A stretch of DNA of 56,745 nucleotides, the filler included, from Sphacelaria rigidula (taxonomy: Eukaryota), in the NCBI GenBank assembly GCA_964200075.2. It is 5 parts of 5 records of this genome, joined end to end, with 100 filler letters (N's around TTAATTAATTAA, not from the genome) between each part and the next. Parts side by side here need not be neighbours in the genome. Positions count along the whole stretch, not along the records: positions 45,479 to 56,745 come from CAXNAA020005144.1; 4 more parts are not named here. One strand, given 5' to 3'. Under the pieces are notes generated by a model, which was not told the origin of the DNA, did not search any database, and worked only from the letters and a program-made list of their open reading frames with translations. Of the stretch, positions 48,901 to 56,745 are shown in pieces; the stretch's first letter is position 1, and each line of letters opens with the position of its first letter. The translations under genes and the position numbers were made by a program.

Positions 48901-51900
48901 TCAAGGCGGCCGTCTTGAGGGCTATGGATGCGACCAAAAGGGAGAGACAAATGTCTTTCAAACGGGGTCGTGGGAAAGAAAGGGAGAGACTCAGTAATGA
49001 GGCGGAAGCAGCGCTGCGATCGACTGAGTGTACAGAGTTCATCCAGGTCAAGCACCCGGTGATGAATACGGTGTGTCTGGAGTATGGCTTGACCGAGGGC
49101 GTGGCTGAGGCCAAGTACAGGTGAGCCTGGAGCATCGGATATCAGTTTGCGTACAAGAAAAACTGCACGTAACCCTGCACACGCGGCAGCACGACCAACG
49201 CGATCGCACTATTTCCAGGGGAAGCGAGGTGTAATCTTTTCTAGTGGACAATGGCAAGATAGTGGTGTACACAAATATGCACCTAGAGGGCTGATTTATA
49301 TCCTCCAATGATTACATGTGTCTCTCCGTCTCAATTGGCGACTGTTCAAACCATTTCAAACGCTGCACTCGACACAAGAATACCGAATCGGCGACGTATC
49401 CCACAAAAGCCGTATTGTACGCAGATATTTCGTCGCTGCGGGAAAAAAAGCGCACACCGTGGCTGTTTATTTCAAGGCATGCTTGTACGGCGCCATCACA
49501 GTTCCATGTCTGCACACGGCGCAACGTCAACAAACTGATGGCGATCTGACGACTTCAGTAGCTTCTGAAGGACCTCTCGGTTTTTCGCTTGCTCTTGAAT
49601 GATTGGTGTGCTCTCTCACGATGAGAGTGATGCGTACGGCCATGTGTGACTCAGGACGCGTTGTTGACGTTGACGTGTATGGCATGTACAAGCGGATAGG
49701 TTGCCTCGCGACAAGCTATGACCATTTTTTTTTTTTTATTGTCGCACTTTGAACCTCTCCCCTTCCTTGGGATGAGTCCGTGATCTCGAGGGATCAACCC
49801 ATCTCTCCCCCAGTACACGCCTTGCACTTTGGTCTCGTGGATTGGGTCAGCACTTCCGCACCGCGTAAACTCACGCCAAACAAACTGAGCCGACTACCTT
49901 GTTTCCTCACGTTCTCACGCTTTCCACGGCGGAAATCAGATATTACGAAGAAAAAAACCAACGCATCGGGAATCGAACCGACTTTCTCTCCACCCTAATG
50001 GCGACAGTCGGACCGTTACACTACCGGGGCGCGGCGGCAATCATGACGTCTTGGCTATCCACCTGTGCACTGCAAGTATAGTTGACTCGCTGTTCTGTCT
50101 GTTACGTGCACCTGTGCACTGACTGTCCCGTAGGCACGTGTATGCAGTATGCTCTACTAATGCGTTTTCAATGACGATCACTGTGGAGATGTACCGTCAC
50201 AACTGTACTCTACTATTCTGTTGCCCATTACAGTATCCGCTGTTTGCAGACGTTATTATACTGTGCGATAAAGATGTACTCTAGGAGACCAGCACAAACT
50301 TGCAGTCGCACCGCAGTACATTACTAGTTGACCATGGTGTGTTTTTTCTCCTTCATGTGCTGTGCCCTCTTAATAGCACTTGGTAGCACATCTCTTCACC
50401 CCCTTGAACCAAATGCCATTTATTCACCAGCTTGTCACAGGCACGGGTAGCTCGTTTCACTCCCCCTCTTCCTTCCTCCGTGAGGTCGTATCGTACAGCG
50501 CGTTGTTCTTGACGTTCTTACTGTTGTCCCAGCATCATTATCGTGGGCGGCACGACTCGAAGCAAGGCTAAACCACCACGGTGTACCAGCTTTCCATACA
50601 AACGACACAGTTGGTAACGCAAAGGAGAAATTAAGGAAATACCAGGATACCACAAATCCCGCGCCTGCAATTCGCCACTGTCTGCTACGGCTATCGGCTG
50701 AATACATCTGTGTCTTGCGCTACTCTGAATCGCAGACTGTGCTGCTTGTAATATACATCACCAGTTGTAGATTTGAGAGTTTCGGAAGATGTTTTATTTA
50801 TCATAGAGTCAGCGTGCAGAGTGGAAGCTTCCAGACTTCATAGTGGACGTTGAAAAGTTCATAGTGGAAGTCGATGTGACGTGGCTTGACGTGATATTTT
50901 TTTGTCGCAGTGATTGGCCGCAGGTTGCCCTGCCGAATGTACGATCGACCAAGGTCCAGTTTGATTGTGCGTAGTGCGTAGGCCGGCACAACACAGACTG
51001 TACCGTACACTGCGGCATCCTACGCACCGTACACTACGCTTTTTCACTTGCACCTGCAGTACTTCAATCCACTACGGCGCACTACAGGACATTGTACTGC
51101 TGTAGTGCTATGCAGCGTGGAGTACAGTGCAGTACAGAAAGTGCAATACATAATCCTTCAACTGTCAGTGCATTGCGATGCAGTGAACTACTGTACAGCG
51201 ATACCGTACAGAGATTCAGTTGTACAAACAGTAGTACAGACAGTACGGTGCGCAGCACTTTCAAACAGCAGGCCTCGGCCGCATTGCGATGATTTTCCCA
51301 CATGCCACCCATAACGGTGGTGCAAGGCGTCATGATCTCTTACGGGATGGGAATACAGCCAGGTGTAGTACTGCTTGTGCGCTGCGTACACTACGAATCG
51401 TCCCCACCGTCTTATTCCTCCAGCTGAAGCTGGCAAAAGTGGGAAACTGCACCCAAGGCAACGTGTAACCGTCGAGCATTTGAATTTTCCCGCAACACAA
51501 CCAAGCGAATGCTGATACCATGGCGGCGGCGTCAGGGAGGTCTTCTGATTGCGATGCCAAGCTTTTCTACTTCGTAAATGGCTCATTGTGATGAGTATGA
51601 CGGCAGTTTTGGTGGATGATGAATGTCTCACTTTGCTTGGTAGGGTGTATTGACTTTGGAATTGACGTGACCATGGTGGTGAAGGTGGGCGTGGTTCTTC
51701 TTCATTCCGCTATGAACTCTGAAGAGGAACTACGGTTTTCAGAGTGAAGTGGTGCAAACGGCACTCTGACTCTGAAAAAATCGCTCTACAGAATACTTCA
51801 TAGCGGAAAGTGCACCGTTACCGGCTATTTTTCCTTCCACTCTGACTCTAAGATTTGAAAAAACGTTTTCCGAAACTCCACATTGTCAGGGTATGCGAAG

Positions 51901-54900
51901 TGAAGTCGTTTAACGCACATCGCGGAGAGGAAACAGCATGCGCTCGAGTGAACACACACTTCTCCCCGGTATTAGTGCAGTGGTTTTTCACACAAACTTC
52001 TCCGGGAGTGACTCCTCAGACACCGGTACGCTGCTCTGCTGATTCTAACCTCGACAGTACTACCTGCAGATGTCATTCACCGTAAGATGGACCGATTTTT
52101 ATGAGGACGTGAAAACATGATGCCGAACTATTGTTGCAGCAGCGGCTCGCTCAGTGTCCAGATCCACACAAGAACGATGACACACGGTCATTGCTGAGAT
52201 CACGGATATCGAGGACATCTCGACTGGCTACTCCATGTTGTTCACCGTACTAACAACTATAGCAACTATTTGCTGTGACCTTTTCTCCAAAATAAAACAA
52301 GCGCAAAATATCCTGTCTCTCGTCACAAGATCACGCTCTCAGAGCCCATGGGTTGAGAAACAATAAACTGGAAAGCACTGCAGTTATTCACACGAAGTCA
52401 ATCGATGGCTCGTGCTATCCACCAGGATTTCGAGAACTCGAGGGAAAAATAATCCGGGAAAACGCTTCTGTCGACGCCAATATATTGGCATTTTCATACG
52501 TTGTACACTTCACCTTCGAAGACATTATTCTCCCCGTTAGTTTCTGGGCACAAACAGTCGTAAGTTCCGTATTCAGCGTGGCTTGGCCCCACCACGTGAA
52601 TGCTCGTGTGGGAAGGGGGCTGAGAGCGGCTGCGAGAGCAACCACTCCCTTCGCTTGAATTGAGCACGAGGACACTTATTCAGCCCGTGCGGGAGGGAGC
52701 CTGAGAGGCCAGGAGAAAGTAAATCGACAAGGTTTTATACGTATCTACAAAACACCTCCGTTTGATTGGTCCACACGGAGGTGGTATTCTACAATGAGCC
52801 TCCCGAAACATAAGTGACGACCCTCCTGCCCTGGGTTTCCTCCTCCATTGCCATCACCATCGTCATGCTGACGGGGTCAACGCCTCCTTCAGATATGTCG
52901 TGTCCTGTCAGGTGTTCGGCGCGATGCAGAAATCCGAGAAGAAGGAGGACGCGGAGAAGGCACGACAGATTGAGATGTTGGCCAAGATGTACGCTGGCCT
53001 CCGCATCGCCTACGTGGAGGAGGAGGACGGCCGATTCTACTCGGTGCTGTCTAAGCACAACGGCGAGAAGATGGAGCAAGAATATCGTATCATGGTGAGC
53101 GCACGAGCGTCTAGAGGGGGCGACACATGGGGTGGGTGGGTGTGCAGTGATGTTGTCGGCAGCGGGGGCTCGGGATGGCGGTGTATCGTATCCTCAACTT
53201 CGGGTGGCTTGTCCTTGATGAGAAAAATCGCCGATATTTGATTCCGAGCAGGTCCCCGAGAAATGACCAAAGCACGGGCGAGACTTGAAGCGGACCAACA
53301 CCTTTCTCGCGAGAAGGTGTCAGTAATGTCGTGGGCACGTCGTGTTTTTCTGCACGTCCCAGGTACAACATTCCCATTTAGTTTGGCGAGCCTCTGCTGC
53401 TCGTGTCCGATGCCCACCCAACGTGACGATGCTACCTCGATATCTAGCCGCCTTGCACACCTTAACCCTTCGAAATTTGAAACGTTCGTGACCGCCCGCC
53501 GTGTGCCGCAGCTTCCTGGACATATCTTGGTGGGCGAGGGCAAGCCCAACAACCAAAACCACGCGATCATCTTCACTCGTGGCGAGGCTATTCAGGCGAT
53601 CGACATGAACCAGGACGCTTCGCTCGAAGATGCAGTCAAGATCCGACAGGTACTTGACGTATTCCAACGAGGGGTAAAAACGAACTCTAACAACGAGAGC
53701 AATAAGTAGACTCTGCGTCCCGTGTGTGCGTGCATCGCAGTTCCATGGCCATCAACAACAGTCAGTTGGCGATAACCCTGTAAAATCGGATTGCCGCAGG
53801 TGATGTCGCATTGGTAGGTCCATCACATCTGTCGTGAGTGACTTTAGTATAATCTTCGACGGATCACATTCATCTTCGAGCAGGCTCATGAAATTCAATT
53901 CAGGGCCGACCATGCGTGCGCTGACTTTGTGTGGAGGAGCAGCGAACCCACTCTAGTTCAGGACAGTGTAGCTCTCACGTACCCACGCCTACTCAGAACT
54001 CCGTTGGTCACCCAAGCGTGATGGCGATCCAACCACGCAAGCGGCGCTTTTCTTTTTTCTTTTTCGTAACCCGCCTGTTACTCTTTAGGTAATGCAGGAG
54101 TTCAAGTTTGCGGCGGGAGGAACGAAACGGGGACGCAATCTCGGGCGTATCGTTGGATTCAGGGAGCACGTTTTTACGCATGACGTGTCCTCGGTGGCGA
54201 ACTTCTTCAGTCTTCAAGAACTCAACTTCGTGGCCGCCACCCAGCGTGCTCTCGACAATCCCCTCCACGTGAGTGTTGTCGCACTACTTCACCCATTGAT
54301 TTTTGTTCCCTACTTCGTTGCAAGGATGCTGAATATGGGGTGTCCATGACCATTTTATTTTCTGTGGGGGGTCAGGCCGATGATATTTTGAATCCATCAG
54401 CGAGACGACAGCATTAAAAACCGCTAACATCAGATGCACGATCCACTCAAAATTGGAGGAAAATGAAAACATTGACGCATCATCAGGTTCGGTTCCACTA
54501 CGGTCACCCCGATGTCTTCGATCGCGTGAGTGCCATCACTCTTGGAGGAGTTTCGAAGGCATGCAAAGGCATTCATCTCTCGGAAGATATCTTCGCGGGT
54601 TTCAACTACGTGCTCCGCGGCGGAGAGTCCACACAGGCTGACTACATCCAGGTCAGAATTGCCTGCCTTGCGGCATGAGTAGCTGCGGCGTGGAGCTGTC
54701 AAATCGCGTGGGTTTTGTGTGTCGGTGGCACTCTGGGAGAAACTCCTGGGTCATCAGACGCTGTAAGTGCCTGTGAGCATATACCGCAGCCGTTCGTTTC
54801 CTGCAACCTTGATATGTCCTTCCTCTGATGCCATGCCGAATCGGCCCGTGTTTCAATCATGCACTTTCTTCCAGGTGGCCAAGGGTAGGGACACGGGTGT

Positions 54901-55390
54901 GTCTCAAGTGACCGGCTTTACGGCCAAGATTAGCATGGGCAACGGTATGCAGGTAAGCACGGCAAGCGAACCTGCAGTCACGCAAAGCACGTCACATGCC
55001 CGCAGGGCAGGTAGGTTACCGTGTATAAACCGGGAGTTTAGGTGCGTACTCGTGAGCGTTTTGAGGCTTTGCTCGGAATTCACGAGGGCACGCGTCGCTT
55101 CGATTTTGTCACCCAGCCCTTTGTCCAGGCCAGCAGTGAACAGATCTTGCAACGTCGATGTTGAAACGTGGGAATGCCACAGGTCACTTGTGGCGTGCTT
55201 GTTTTTCACTCAGCGACGAACGTTCCTTTCTCGCGCACCGTTGCCCTGCCGTCGTCCGACAGTGCCGTTCTCGCGAGGTGAGCCGACTGGCCTCCCAGTT
55301 CGACATGTTCCGGCTGCTGTCGTTCTACTTTAGCAGCGTGGGAGGCTTCATGAACCAGGTTCTGCTCATGGTGGCGGTGTTCGCCTACGT
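45867..55390 (+). CDS. 1,3-beta-glucan synthase (GT48, callose/FKS family), partial at both ends. Exons: 45867-45999, 46498-46562, 46985-47155, 47629-47877, 48266-49120, 52893-53094, 53512-53649, 54089-54268, 54487-54651, 54875-54952, 55263-55390
   Basis: EATRRINFFVNS, MPSLTTLTPYYKEEV, IYEDEFGNFVER, WASYRGQTLSRTVRGIMYY, KYRYVVSCQ, LRIAYVEE, LPG...GEGKPNNQNHAIIFTRGEAIQAIDMNQD, IVGFREHVFT, RFHYGHPDVFDR, GGVSKA, LSEDIFAGFN, KGRD, KISMGNG.Q..SRE; all exon phases join in frame. Confidence 0.96.
46498..46562 (+). CDS. GT48 exon
   Basis: VYSIDYLKEITMDGLTVLEYM; GC donor AG|gcaagt. Confidence 0.8.
46985..47155 (+). CDS. GT48 exon
   Basis: SIYEDEFGNFVERM. Confidence 0.88.
47629..47877 (+). CDS. GT48 exon
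   Basis: LWASYRGQTLSRTVRGIMYY. Confidence 0.9.
48266..49120 (+). CDS. GT48 exon (large low-complexity insertion)
   Basis: 855 nt, phase 2-2; ends AEAKY-R, continuing into YVVSCQ. Confidence 0.8.
49725..50030 (-). mobile_element. tRNA-derived SINE in a GT48 intron
   Basis: Minus strand GCCCCGGTAGTGTAACGG (A box)...GGTTCGATTCCCG (B box), about 230-nt body and A-rich tail (T-run at 49725-49737 on +). Confidence 0.7.
52893..53094 (+). CDS. GT48 exon
   Basis: YVVSCQVFG...LRIAYVEE...FYSVL...YRI. Confidence 0.92.
53512..53649 (+). CDS. GT48 exon
   Basis: LPGHILVGEGKPNNQNHAIIFTRGEAIQAIDMNQD. Confidence 0.93.
54089..54268 (+). CDS. GT48 exon
   Basis: IVGFREHVFT..VSSVA....QE..F...QR.L.NPL. Confidence 0.93.
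54487..54651 (+). CDS. GT48 exon
   Basis: VRFHYGHPDVFDR...GGVSKA..IHLSEDIFAGFN. Confidence 0.95.
54875..54952 (+). CDS. GT48 exon
   Basis: VAKGRDTGVSQVTGFTAKISMGNGMQ. Confidence 0.93.
55263..55390 (+). CDS. GT48 exon
   Basis: CRSREVSRLASQFDMFRLLSFYFSSVGGFMN. Confidence 0.92.
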
Positions 55391-55550
55391 GTGAGTTTCT
55401 TACATTCTCTTTTTTGCTGATGTTGCTTATCGACCATGTTTGCCCGGTAGGCCATGTAAATTCCGTGTTTTCTCTGGGGGCAACAAGGCAAGTTAACGCG
55501 AGGCCATCGTCGTATCATCATGGTCGACGCATGTCGGATATAACTTTAAC

Positions 55551-55573
55551 AACCCTAACCCTAACCCCAACCC
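55551..55573. repeat. Short (CCCTAA)n telomere-like array
   Basis: AACCCTAACCCTAACCCCAACCC. Confidence 0.55.
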
Positions 55574-56745
55574 GAAGCACACCGAGAACCCTTGCGCAAA
55601 GGGGGATGAATACGGCGGCCCAGGCGGAGTGTGCATTGGCAGAGCTCAAATCGGCGCCTACGGCGCAGATTTGAGCACAAACACGTGCGATGTGCGCTGA
55701 TCATGCGTGGGGGTGCCTGAGGCTGTCATCCCTCTCAAGGTCTAAATCTGATGTTGCCGCGCCAAAATTGTGTGTGCTTTAAACGTGGCGATATGATGAC
55801 GACCTCGCGTGAGCCCCACTGCTGGGAACGGCAACGTGCCTGCGCCTTAAGAGCCTTATCCTTCGGCAGTTCTTGATGACCAGTCTATGATTCCACTGAT
55901 TCACTGAAGGTCTACAAGAGACTGAGCCCGAAAAGACCGCAGAAGAAACTCCCCGGCATATTTTGGTACGATGTTTTTTGGAGTTTACACCTGAAATATA
56001 GAAGAATAGGCGAATTGACCAGTCGAAGTCCCTCCCTACCGTTGTTTATTTATTTCGTCTTTCATGGATTTCAGGATCATTTGGCTAAATTAACGAAACT
56101 AACATCCGCCTAGATCTGTAGGCAATTATCATTGGCGGAAGACTCCGGTGGTTGAGGCCTTTGACGAGTCGATGTGCTCATTTCCTCGACATTTCATGCC
56201 TCGAATCTAACGTCGAGCGAAACATCCAAGACACGCATTTTCCTAAGAAGTTGGAAATCCATGGCGTTTTTGTCGATGCTTCTCCTAACGCTTGTATCGA
56301 CAATAGCCTTCGAATGCGACGAGCCGGGTGTCGGAACAGGTGTCATTGTTCTCGCCCTGATGTCGGCAACGCGCGCACTAACTTTCACGACGTTGAGAGC
56401 GGAGTTTTTTTTTTTTTTAATGAATCTGTCTTCTCCCTGCCGCCACCAGGCCGTGTTGAGTGTGTCGGCACGATGCAAAATGATGGAAGTGCCCGAATCA
56501 TGGACAAGAGTGCGCGGCGTACTCCGGGGTGATTGTACGGTTGCGAGAAGCCTACTTCATGTGGTGTGGTTTTGTGCCTCTCCTTCTCTTCACCCCGGAA
56601 ATGTTTGTTGGTCTTTCTCTGGGACAAGCTTGTAGTCTGTGGCTTTGACCGCCTTCATTGTCACCCACAGTACTGTGAATATTATCAAATGCCTCCAGAC
56701 TGTGCTCTTCTTCCCCCCCCCCCCCCCCCCCCCCCCCCCCCGCCC

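Noticed and set aside
52752..52795. Hairpin CACCTCCGT...ACGGAGGTG as a Helitron 3' end
   Set aside because: It is followed by CTAC rather than CTRR, and no 5' TC end can be defined.

Overview
Eukaryotic DNA with intron-rich, GC-rich genes, most consistent with a brown alga such as Ectocarpus (inference). The window is not one locus. It is five pieces of 11270, 11270, 11269, 11269 and 11267 bp joined by identical 100-nt N/TTAATTAATTAA spacers, which looks like size-sorted unplaced contigs, so nothing should be inferred across the spacers. Piece 1 (1-11270) holds repeats only: LTR-like ends, a tRNA-derived SINE and a MITE. Piece 2 holds a TRIM-like repeat with a nested fold-back MITE, plus a six-exon STIL/SAS-5/Ana2-like centriole gene on the minus strand whose first visible intron carries nested TIR elements. 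Piece 3 holds a four-exon R2R3-MYB gene and a MITE with a 4-bp TSD. Piece 4 is a decayed Ty3/Gypsy retrotransposon whose integrase tail carries a chromodomain-like and a second PWWP/Tudor-like module. Piece 5 holds 11 internal exons of a GT48 1,3-beta-glucan (callose/FKS) synthase with an unusually long, disordered, PxxPxR-bearing insertion. Exon structures were read by eye with phase checks; family assignments rest on recalled motifs, not database searches.
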